Positions 46,330-55,900 of a DNA stretch of 59,071 nucleotides are shown piece after piece. The DNA is taken from positions 1 through 59,071 of IMG/VR virus record IMGVR_UViG_3300021961_000108. One strand, written 5' to 3'. The DNA is from a virus. Its lineage: Duplodnaviria > Caudoviricetes. The stretch's first letter is position 1; the number at the start of each line of letters is the position of its first letter. Under the pieces are notes generated by a model. That model ran no database searches. It saw only the letters and a list, made by a program, of their open reading frames with translations, and was not told the origin of the DNA. The translations under genes and the position numbers were made by a program.

Positions 46330-47336
46330 GATATAGTAATGGTGGGTATATAGGTTACGCACCAACTCCTAGCACATCTGGAGAATTAGATGGTATATGG
46401 AGATATACTGATGTTACTAAAAATATTAGGAACAATAATTGGTATGTTAGTACAATACCATCAAATGCTAGAATTTCTCCTTCAAGTGTTACCGAAACCA
46501 CAGGTACTTCTATTACATTAACTTGCTTATTCGATAATGATCTTTCAGGATTCGTAGAAACTTTTCAGTGGCAAACATCATTAAATAATAGTATTTGGAC
46601 AAATATATCTGGACAAAATAATAGTACTCTTGTATTTACGATGGCTTCTGGAGATAATAGTACTTATCGTAGATGTAAAATAGATAGAGGATTTAAAAGT
46701 GTTTTTGCCACATCAGCTGAAATATATGTAGCATTAGATACTATTACTATTAGTGATCAACCAGATAATTTAACACTATATGCTGGAGATACTGGTTCTT
46801 TTACAGTAATAGCTAGTGTTGATAGTGAAGCAACAATAAATTACCAATGGCAAGTTTCTACGAATGGTGGTTCGTCTTGGTCTAACGCTCCAGGATCATC
46901 AACATCAGCATCATATTCTGTTACTCCTCCATATAGTAATAATGGATATTTATATAGATGTTATTTAACAGCAACCGGTGCCGCCCCAGCAACATCAGAT
47001 TCTGCTACACTAACTGTTACTAATAATACTATTACAATAATGTCCCAACCCATGAGTCAAGATTGTACTTATGGTGATCCAACATTTACTGTTAGCGCAA
47101 TGATAGACTATGGGTCTTTGTCGTATGCTTGGTATAAATCAACCTCTAGTGGTGGTACTTTCTCATTGATTACTAGTAGTGATGCTGGGTTTACTGGATA
47201 TAGTACAAGTTCATTAACTGTTGATTGTGAAACTCAAACGTCAAATTGGTATTTAAAGTGTAGAGTATATTGGAGTATTTTAGAAGACTATACAAATGTT
47301 GTTTTATATACTGATAGTGGTGGAGGAGGGTACTAA
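46326..47336 (+). CDS. Ig-like domain protein (about 3 repeats)
   Basis: I.SxQP...FTV.A...YQWQ.S..G..W...YRC repeats. Confidence 0.8.
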   Translation: MRYSNGGYIGYAPTPSTSGELDGIWRYTDVTKNIRNNNWYVSTIPSNARISPSSVTETTGTSITLTCLFDNDLSGFVETFQWQTSLNNSIWTNISGQNNSTLVFTMASGDNSTYRRCKIDRGFKSVFATSAEIYVALDTITISDQPDNLTLYAGDTGSFTVIASVDSEATINYQWQVSTNGGSSWSNAPGSSTSASYSVTPPYSNNGYLYRCYLTATGAAPATSDSATLTVTNNTITIMSQPMSQDCTYGDPTFTVSAMIDYGSLSYAWYKSTSSGGTFSLITSSDAGFTGYSTSSLTVDCETQTSNWYLKCRVYWSILEDYTNVVLYTDSGGGGY

Positions 47337-47359
47337 TCCTTAAATGGAGATTTATTAAA

Positions 47360-47893
47360 ATGAATATTTTTACAAATGTTATTACAAAAGAACATAAAAC
47401 CTTATTTAAAGATGCTATTGATTCATTAATATCATCAGAAGGATTAGGAACACCTTGTAAATTATCCTATAACAGTAATATTACAACAACATCAGATTGT
47501 ACTAATTGTTTAATTGATCCAATATATAAAAAATCTATGGGCAAATATAATGGAAGTGGACCAAGAAGCTTTCCAGAAGGAGGAGTTTGTCCAGTTTGTA
47601 ACGGAGAAGGTTTTGTAACCATTAATAATAGTGAAACATTGTATATGGCAGTTTTAGTATCTGAAAAAACATGGATAGATATAGGATTAAGTAGCGTTCA
47701 GATTCCTCAAGGCTCTTTACAAACTATTAGTAAAGCTGATACTTTCTTAAAGATTATGAATAGTTACTCTATGACCATTTCTGATCAAAATGGACTAAAT
47801 AATAATTTAGTTTATCAAAGAAATAGTGATCCTACATATGTGGGCTTTGGAAATAATGATTATATCATTACTATGTGGAAAAGACTAATATGA
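47360..47893 (+). CDS. Putative head-closure/neck protein with Zn-binding CxxC pairs
   Basis: CTNC...CPVCNGEG; first gene of the neck-tube block. Confidence 0.55.
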   Translation: MNIFTNVITKEHKTLFKDAIDSLISSEGLGTPCKLSYNSNITTTSDCTNCLIDPIYKKSMGKYNGSGPRSFPEGGVCPVCNGEGFVTINNSETLYMAVLVSEKTWIDIGLSSVQIPQGSLQTISKADTFLKIMNSYSMTISDQNGLNNNLVYQRNSDPTYVGFGNNDYIITMWKRLI

Positions 47894-48522
47894 AATATTC
47901 TTTAGATTTAGTAGAATCAGATTCTCAAATTATTGAACTAATACTAAAAAATTTATTACCAATGCTTAATAAAAAATTAGATACTGGTATTACTAAAATT
48001 ATTAGACTTATTAATTTGGGATTAGAAAATTCTATACGTAATCAAAGCGAATATGCTTCGTTGATCAGTCCAAATGGTAAGCTTAGAATAGAATTTGGTA
48101 TTCCTGATACAGGCATTGTTGATAATGTGATTACGTCTGTAATAGATAGTGTTTTTGTACAAAGAAAAAATTTAACAATATCTAATAATAGAATAGTAGG
48201 CGGAGTAATGATAGGCTTTTTACCCAATAATGTTATTCTTAGTGTGGCAGAACAGTTTAGTGTAATTACTGAAAAGGGACAACCATTACCTTGGTTAAAA
48301 TGGCTATTATTTGATGGAACAGCTGCTATTATAAAAGATTATGACATAAAAATAGGACCAAATACTAGATCACGAACAGGTGAGGCTATTATGGTACAAT
48401 CTACTAAATCATGGAGAGTGCCACCAGAATTTGTTGGTACTTATAGTGATAACTGGTTTACTAGAGCTATTGATGCTATTGATGATAGCATAGAAGAAAT
48501 TATTAAAAAATCTTTGGAGTAA
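47890..48522 (+). CDS. Putative neck/tail-completion protein
   Basis: ATG 47890 overlaps the upstream stop; PWLKWLLFDG...NWFTRAI; synteny. Confidence 0.5.
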   Translation: MKYSLDLVESDSQIIELILKNLLPMLNKKLDTGITKIIRLINLGLENSIRNQSEYASLISPNGKLRIEFGIPDTGIVDNVITSVIDSVFVQRKNLTISNNRIVGGVMIGFLPNNVILSVAEQFSVITEKGQPLPWLKWLLFDGTAAIIKDYDIKIGPNTRSRTGEAIMVQSTKSWRVPPEFVGTYSDNWFTRAIDAIDDSIEEIIKKSLE

Positions 48523-48528
48523 TAAAAT

Positions 48529-49455
48529 ATGTCAGACTGTGGATTTAGTAATACATTTGATAAGATAGAAGGCTTTAATGAGTACTCTATTCTCGCGCAA
48601 ACAGAAGAAAATTTAAAAGCCTACCTAGATTGGGGATTTTTAAATATAGGAGGTTTTATCAATTGTACTGGATTAGATTCTAATCTTTATGGAATGCAAG
48701 ATACAAAAGCAGTATATTATGAAACCCCGCAATATGTATCTGGAAGAGCATGGAAAACTTTACACAAACCATGGGTTCATGAGAGTGGAATTAGTTATGG
48801 CGGAAAAAGCCCCACTAAAGTTAGTGGAATTAAAATAAATACAACGTTTTATCCTGCACCAACAGGCAGCGGATCAGTATCATATAAGTTAGATTATATA
48901 AATGGACAAATTATTTTCGATAAACCTATTGCTACAGGATCCAAAGTATATGTAGATTATTCGTATAAAAAATGTCAAATATACAAGGGTAGTTCTTGTA
49001 ATTGGTGGGGCGAATTTAAAAATGCTATATATTCTAATTTACCAAATGAATATTCTATACATACTCCTGCAATTGTTATAGAACCGGTGAATACGGCTAA
49101 TATGATTCCTTATCAGATTGGAGATCGATCATTTTATATTAATCAGGACTTTTTGTTATACATATTTGCAGACTCTGCTGTTGAAAGAAATAATTTAGCC
49201 GATATTATTAGATTACAAAAAGAGAAAACATTTTTCACATATGATATTAATAAAGTAATCAAGAATAATGTGTATATGTTAACGTACAACGGAGAGATTA
49301 ATCCTAGTGGTCTTGGATACCAAAATTTAATAACAAACCCTAGTTATCGTTATAAAGACACTTTCTTGTACAATGTTAATTTGTTGGGCTTAGAAAGCTA
49401 TAGTAAAAAGTTATTTTGGTGTATACTTAGGTTAACCACCCAAACAATACATTAA
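48529..49455 (+). CDS. Putative tail terminator-like protein with inserted beta domain
   Basis: PAIVIE...YQIG...ERNNLADII pattern; immediately upstream of the tube gene. Confidence 0.55.
   Translation: MSDCGFSNTFDKIEGFNEYSILAQTEENLKAYLDWGFLNIGGFINCTGLDSNLYGMQDTKAVYYETPQYVSGRAWKTLHKPWVHESGISYGGKSPTKVSGIKINTTFYPAPTGSGSVSYKLDYINGQIIFDKPIATGSKVYVDYSYKKCQIYKGSSCNWWGEFKNAIYSNLPNEYSIHTPAIVIEPVNTANMIPYQIGDRSFYINQDFLLYIFADSAVERNNLADIIRLQKEKTFFTYDINKVIKNNVYMLTYNGEINPSGLGYQNLITNPSYRYKDTFLYNVNLLGLESYSKKLFWCILRLTTQTIH
49418..49434 (+). promoter_or_regulatory. Putative late promoter GGTGTAT upstream of the tail tube gene
   Basis: Recurrent motif, 51 bp before ATG 49469. Confidence 0.55.
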
Positions 49456-49468
49456 GAGGGAGATTCTT

Positions 49469-50572
49469 ATGGCTAATTCTAGAATTTACTATGCCGTACA
49501 ATCAGTTAGACTACGTGGTCCATCGGGTACAGAGGTCTCCTCTATTAATACCGGTTGGGACCGTGTACGTGGCTTACAAACAGTAGGTATCACAACCAAC
49601 TTTAATCTTGAGCCAGTTTATCAGATGGGTCAGTTAGAGTTGTATGATAACTACGAAGAAGTACCAGATGTTGAAGTTACTCTTAATAAAGTATTGGATG
49701 GTTTTCCTCTAATTTATGGTATGGCACAAGGTACTGGTTCTTTAAATCAATTAGCTAATAATAGATGCGGAATTCAGCTTGGTATTTTTGCTGATTCTGC
49801 TACTGCTGCTACTGGCACAACATCTCAACTATTAGAAATTGAACCAGCATATGTTTCAACAGCAACATATACTTTTCCAACAGATGGTAACTTTACAGAA
49901 GATGTTACTCTAGTTGCTAATGATAAAGTATGGGCGAGCGCGAGTGGACAAACAGATTTCGGTGCTTATGGAGCTGCCGACACATTCTGGACAACAGATC
50001 CAACAGGATTTGGTATTGCTCGTAGACAACAATTTGATTTAACACGTAGTTTACTACCAAATAGTGGATCAGCTGCTGCTAGTACACTTCGTTATACTAA
50101 TGGTGGTATTGCTCCGGGTTCTAGAATTAGTAGTATTACTATTACTGCGAATCTTAATCGCGAAGAAATTAGAGAATTAGGTCAAAGACGACCATTTATT
50201 CGCTATATCAACTTCCCAGTTGAAATTACATGCGAAGTTGAAGTTACCGCTGCTAGTGGTGACTTGGTTGGTGTTGATAATAGCAATACTGCTTGTGCTA
50301 ATCCTAAAGCACTAGAAAATAAAGCCATTAAAGTTGTACTATGCGATGGAACAACATTTGACCTCGGCAATAAGAATAAGTTAACAACAGTTGGATATCA
50401 AGGTGGCGATACTGGTGGTGGTAATGCTACTGTTACATATAGTTATCAGAACTACAATGACTTTACCTTTGTTCAAGGTACTGGTTATGCTGGTGGTCCA
50501 ATTTCGTCAGCAATTTGGGAAAGTATGGGAGCAGGTCAAGACTTCAACTTTAATGATGGTAGTAATCCATAA
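49469..50572 (+). CDS. Major tail tube protein (probable)
   Basis: GAGGGAG SD, highly-expressed codon usage, two similar halves (GLQTVGITTNFNLEPVYQMGQ / RISSITITANLNREEIRELGQ), position before chaperones and TMP. Confidence 0.7.
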   Translation: MANSRIYYAVQSVRLRGPSGTEVSSINTGWDRVRGLQTVGITTNFNLEPVYQMGQLELYDNYEEVPDVEVTLNKVLDGFPLIYGMAQGTGSLNQLANNRCGIQLGIFADSATAATGTTSQLLEIEPAYVSTATYTFPTDGNFTEDVTLVANDKVWASASGQTDFGAYGAADTFWTTDPTGFGIARRQQFDLTRSLLPNSGSAAASTLRYTNGGIAPGSRISSITITANLNREEIRELGQRRPFIRYINFPVEITCEVEVTAASGDLVGVDNSNTACANPKALENKAIKVVLCDGTTFDLGNKNKLTTVGYQGGDTGGGNATVTYSYQNYNDFTFVQGTGYAGGPISSAIWESMGAGQDFNFNDGSNP

Positions 50573-50630
50573 TTATAGTTTAGTAGTATAGGAAAATAAA
50601 TAGAGGATGGATAGTAAAATATTAATTTTA

Positions 50631-50687
50631 TCAATTAGCGGCGTTGGTGCTTCTAGCAATGGTTAGAAACATCAGCGCCGTTATTGA
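50631..50687 (+). promoter_or_regulatory. Long RNA hairpin with the downstream start codon in its loop
   Basis: About 25 pairs including 4 G-U, one bulge and one mismatch; loop AAUG (50658-50661). Confidence 0.65.
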
Positions 50688-51693
50688 TAGAATAATTAGT
50701 AAAAAAATTTACTTTGTTTATCATGATAATATCTACTACTATAAATATCCTACTTCGGATTTAAAATTACAATCTAGCTTAATATACGAAGAATTTTACG
50801 ACAAAATTAAATATGATAATTTAATACAAGAAGATATTGATTTTTATTTACAAGATTATGATATTGCTGATTTATCTTTGAAGAAATTTTTAGATGATAA
50901 ATATAAGCAATTAGATAATATTAAAGTAGATTTGTATAAAAATTTTTGGAAAACTAAAGAGAGTAAAAATTTAAGAAATAAACTAAAGACTGTTAGGAAA
51001 ACTATACAAGATACTGAAAATCAACTTCACTATCTAGACTCATTAACAACCGAATATTTATGTTCTCAAAGACAAAATGAATTTTTATTTATTAATGGTA
51101 TATTTGATAAAAATCACGAATTAGTATTTGACTATGATCATTTGGAAACTGTTGATGAGCACATATTTAATGGCATGATTGGTACTATTAATAGTAAACT
51201 ATTAAAAGCTACAGATTTTAGACTAGTAGCAAGATCACCAGAATGGCGTTCATTATGGAATATTAAAAATCATAACTTATTTAGTGATCCAATTATAGAA
51301 TGGAGCGAGGAACAAAAGAGCTTAGTTTCATTTTCTCAAATGTATGATAATATTTATCAACATATGGAATGTCCGGATGACAAAATTATAGAAGATGATG
51401 ATGCATTAGATGGTTGGTCTATTTACCAAAATAAGAAAATGGAACAAGAAAAGAAGAAAAGAGGTGTAGATAGTATTGTGGACAAACATAAAGATGCTCA
51501 AGAAATTTTTATGGTAGCATCTGATGCTAAGGAATTTGAACAAATTATGGAATTAAACGATACAGAAGCTCTTAATAGACAAAAAAGTAAATTTGATTTT
51601 GTAAATAAACATGGACAAGCTAGAGAAGATATGTTACCTGATGTTAGATCAGATATAAGACAACAATATGCCGAAATGAATAAAAGGAAATAA
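50659..51693 (+). CDS. Hypothetical helical protein, possible tail assembly chaperone
   Basis: Between tube and TMP; YDNIYQHMECPDD.IIEDDDALDGW; start uncertain. Confidence 0.6.
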   Translation: MVRNISAVIDRIISKKIYFVYHDNIYYYKYPTSDLKLQSSLIYEEFYDKIKYDNLIQEDIDFYLQDYDIADLSLKKFLDDKYKQLDNIKVDLYKNFWKTKESKNLRNKLKTVRKTIQDTENQLHYLDSLTTEYLCSQRQNEFLFINGIFDKNHELVFDYDHLETVDEHIFNGMIGTINSKLLKATDFRLVARSPEWRSLWNIKNHNLFSDPIIEWSEEQKSLVSFSQMYDNIYQHMECPDDKIIEDDDALDGWSIYQNKKMEQEKKKRGVDSIVDKHKDAQEIFMVASDAKEFEQIMELNDTEALNRQKSKFDFVNKHGQAREDMLPDVRSDIRQQYAEMNKRK

Positions 51694-51696
51694 AAT

Positions 51697-51999
51697 ATGA
51701 ATCATAATATTATAATGGACTTGTTGGAAAAGAGAATGACCACTATAATGATAGGAGCACTTGCTAGATTCGAAGAAAACTTTGATTATTTGTGGGACAA
51801 AGACAAAGCTAATGCTGATTACTTTTTCTCTTTATGGCAAAAGGCCAGACAAGAAATTTTGGATTACGGGAATAATCAAATAAGATTAGCGGAAAAGGAT
51901 TTGGAAAAGTTACAAATAAATAAACCTACTAAATATAAATATCAATATAGATTTGATATGAGGAGAAATGAAAATGAGCGCAAAGACAAAGACTTTTAA
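51697..51999 (+). CDS. Hypothetical protein, 100 aa
   Basis: Tiles with neighbours; TTIMIGALARFEENF. Confidence 0.7.
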   Translation: MNHNIIMDLLEKRMTTIMIGALARFEENFDYLWDKDKANADYFFSLWQKARQEILDYGNNQIRLAEKDLEKLQINKPTKYKYQYRFDMRRNENERKDKDF

Positions 52000-52852
52000 G
52001 ACAGAAGTTGATGGAAAAGAAGTTGAATTCTTAGTACGAACACCGTCATTAGCAGAACAACGAGAAGGACAAAAGGTATATAATCAGTCCTTTAGCGATG
52101 CGGTAAAAGCTAAAGCTATCGTTAGGGCGCGCATGGATGACTTGCTAGAAGAACAAGGCTTGTGGGATGCTACAAAACAAAAGAAGCTCACCGATCTGCA
52201 ACAGGTTATATTGGATAACGAAAGAATTCTTGCAAAGGGTGGTATTCCATTAAAAAAGGCTAAAGAATTAGCTTTAGAGATGAAAGAAACTCGTGTTAAG
52301 ATACGAGAGCTTATTGCCGATAAAACATCACTAGATAATCATAGTGCAGAAGGGCAGGCCGATAATGCCCGATTCAACTATCTAGTAAGTGTGTGTTTGG
52401 TGTATAATGAAACTAAACAACCATATTTTAAGAGTTTGGAAGATTATTTATCACGATCAAATGAGCCAGTTTCTATTTTAGCAGCACAGAATTTGGCTAA
52501 TATGCTATATGGTCTTGATAATGATTATGAGAAAAATTTACCAGAAAATAAGTTCTTGAAAAAATTTAAGTTTATTGATGATGGTTTAAGACTAATAGAT
52601 GAAAAAGGACGATTAGTTGATGCGGACGGAAGACTGGTGGATGAGAATGGTAGGTATATTAATGAAGCCGGTGAATTTATTGATAGATACGGTAATAGAG
52701 TAGACGACAAGGGAGATTATATAGTTGATCACCAACCATTCCTTGACGATGATGGAAACCCCATCTCGGAAGAAAAAAATGAAGCCCCACCAGTATCACT
52801 ATCAGAAAGCAAGCCACAAACTGTTGAAGAACAAGTCGAGACCACTGTTTGA
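51974..52852 (+). CDS. Probable tail assembly chaperone-like protein with 7-aa DxxG repeats
   Basis: AGGAG SD (start 51968 or 51974); directly before TMP; IDEKGRLVDADGRLVDENGRYINEAGEFIDRYGNRVDDKG. Confidence 0.6.
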   Translation: MSAKTKTFKTEVDGKEVEFLVRTPSLAEQREGQKVYNQSFSDAVKAKAIVRARMDDLLEEQGLWDATKQKKLTDLQQVILDNERILAKGGIPLKKAKELALEMKETRVKIRELIADKTSLDNHSAEGQADNARFNYLVSVCLVYNETKQPYFKSLEDYLSRSNEPVSILAAQNLANMLYGLDNDYEKNLPENKFLKKFKFIDDGLRLIDEKGRLVDADGRLVDENGRYINEAGEFIDRYGNRVDDKGDYIVDHQPFLDDDGNPISEEKNEAPPVSLSESKPQTVEEQVETTV

Positions 52853-52888
52853 TTTGATAGTATTATTTATTTGTAATTTTAACTTTGT

Positions 52889-52929
52889 AAGAGATCAGTT
52901 TGTTAATAGCAGCTGGTCTCTTATTTTTT
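52889..52929 (+). terminator. Rho-independent terminator/attenuator before TMP
   Basis: AAGAGATCAGT...GCTGGTCTCTT stem followed by ATTTTTT, ending 11 bp before the TMP ATG. Confidence 0.75.
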
Positions 52930-52940
52930 AGGAAAATACT

Positions 52941-55900
52941 ATGGCAGCATTCAATCTTACTGCACAACTTAATTTGGTTGGACCAACAAATGTTAGACAA
53001 ATTGTTGGAGATATTAGAAAACAATTAGGCACAATAAAGGGTAATATTGATCTTGGTATTGATCCTAAAGCTATAAGAGCTATTGCTCAATTACAAAGTC
53101 AAGCATCTCAAATAAGTTCATCTTTAAATAATGTTTCTAGATCAGCATCAGTAGCTAGTGGCTCTATTAACGACCTTAATAATGCTGCTAGTAAAAATCA
53201 ACTAGGATCAGTTGCTCAATCAGCAGCTAAAGCAGCAAGTGCTGCTAGTGATTTGGGTAAAGAAAGTTCACGATCATCAAAAGATGTTAAAGTTTTAAGT
53301 AACGAATTGGCTGAGTTCGGTAGACAAAGTGGTTTGGCTATTCGTCGTTTTGCCGCGTTTAGTTTAGTATCAGGCGTAATGTATAAGTTGAATAGTGCTA
53401 TTAATCAAGCATTATCACAATATATAGACTTTGATAGAGAATTAGTTAGAGTATCACAAGTTACTGGTAAAAGTGTTGCCGAGTTAGGGAGTTTAGTTAA
53501 TGAAATTAGTTCGTTAGCAACTAGTACCGGTGTTGCTTCAAAAGAATTAATTCAAGTATCAAGTACATTAGCACAGGCTGGTTTAAGTGCTAGAGATGCT
53601 GAGAAAGCATTAAAAGCATTGGCTCTGAGTGCTAATGCTCCATCATTTGATAATTTAAATGATACTGTGGAAGGCAGTATCGCACTCATGAGACAGTTTG
53701 GTATTAGTGCGGATGATCTAGAAAGTGCATTAGGTAGTGTTAATGCTGTGGCAGCTGCATTTGCTGTTGAAGCCAGCGACTTAATTGCTGCTATTCAACG
53801 TACTGGTGGTGTGTTTGCAAGTGCTAGTAGAGGAGTTAGTGAAGGTACTGACGCATTAAATGAATTTATAGCTGTATTTACAAGTGTTCGTGCTACAACT
53901 CGTGAAAGCGCTGAAACTATTGCTACTGGCTTAAGAACAATTTTTACCAGAATTCAGAGAGAATCTACTATTACTGCTCTTAGAGAGTTGGGTGTTGAAT
54001 TGCGCGATGTTGAAGGAAAATTCGTTGGGCCTTATGAGGCTGTTAGAAGACTTAGCGAAGGATTAGGACAATTAGATCCAAGATCTCAAACATTTGCTTC
54101 TATTGTTGAAGAACTTGGTGGTTTCCGACAAATTGGTAAAGTTATTCCTCTTATTCAACAATTTGCTACAGCGGAAGCAGCACTACAAGTTGCTATGAAA
54201 GGTGGAGATTCACTAGCAGAGGCTAATAGACAAGCTCAACAAGCATTAGCCGTACAATTAGCAAAAACTAGAGAAGAATTTGTTGCATTAGTTAGAGATT
54301 TTGCTAATAATACTGCTTTTAGAAGCTTTCTAACAACAACTATTGGTATAACCAAAAGTATACTAAGTTTAGCACGAGCAGGACGATCATTATTTCCACT
54401 ATTAACACTAATGGGAGGATTTAAAGCATTTTCTGCTGTGACTCAGTTTGCTGGCGGCTTTGCTCAAGGAGTAAGACCGTCTGGAGGCAGAGGAGGCGGC
54501 GGAGACGAAGAAGGCATAGATAATAAGGCTCTATCTAGAACTATGGGAAGAAGTGTATCTCGTAGTATTGGTAAGGGTTTGGGAGAAATGTTGAGTGGTT
54601 CAAAAACTGAAAGACAAGCAGAATCATTAGAGCAAATCGTTAGTATATTAAGAAGTAATGCACAAGCTTTTAATACTGATGTTAGTAGTTTATCTCAACC
54701 AATAACATCATTGTCTTCTTTATTAAATGATAATAATTCATTGTTATCTGCTAATACTAGCGGATTAAATAATGTATATGCTGCTTTAGTTAATTTAGAA
54801 GCAGCTATTAGTAGCAAAAGTTTTACTGGTCCAACCACTGCTAGAGGTGGTGGAAGAATACTGGGTTTCTCGAAAGGTGGAACTGTTCCTGGTAGTGGCA
54901 AAGGAGATAAAGTTCCGGCATTATTAGAACCCGGCGAAGTTGTAATGAGCAATAACGCTGTTAATAGATATGGAAGAGGTAATTTGGTAAGAATGAATAA
55001 GTATGCTACAGGTGGCAAGATACAAAAACGACTTAGTGATTTAGATCTTAATTTAAGCAAAGAAGTTTCTGGTATAGATTTAGCACAAACAGATATTAAA
55101 CTTAAAGAAATACAATTATTTCCAAATGATTTTGCTGAAATGCAAAAAACAATTATGGAAACCAAAAAAGAAACAACAAAAATTATAGAAAAATACCCAG
55201 GAAAAGAAACCGAACAATTTACTAAAAAATATAGAGGTGGTCAATGGTTGCTAGGAAAAGCCTTTCAGGAAATTGTTGAAAAAAAATATAATCTTAAAGG
55301 AGTAAGGCCATCTGGATTTGGAACATCCACAGAAAACTTTGATGATATCTTACAGGAACATTTTGCTCCATTGGATTATACAACAGGAGATGCAAAATTT
55401 GTTAAAAATCTAAATAGTATAACAAATGAAGAAATATTAAGTAAAAGATTGAGATATGAGTTTAAAGAGAATAAATTACGTCCAGATCCAAGTACAAAAA
55501 TAGAATCGTTTAATTTACCTGATACATCATTATACTATCCAGCAAAAGGCATTAAAGAAAGATTTGAAAGATATATTCAATCAACAGGAGAGTCTTCTAA
55601 AATTTTAGGAGGATATTTTAATCTTGGTGGATTAGTTCAAAGATTTATGGCCGGAGGAGAAGCTGAAGAAACAACACCTTGGGGAGATACGGCTACTGTA
55701 CCAGAAATTCTAAGACTTTTAACCTTTGATGGAGCTGCTAAGATCGGTAGAGTAGCAAATCCTAGAGAACTACTTAAAAGGAAAAAACCAACAGAAGATG
55801 AAAAAGCTAAGATAAAAGCTATCAGAGATGAAGCAACAAAAACATATAATAGAAGAATAGGAGCGGCCAAAGGAGTACAAACTAGATTAACTGGACAAGG

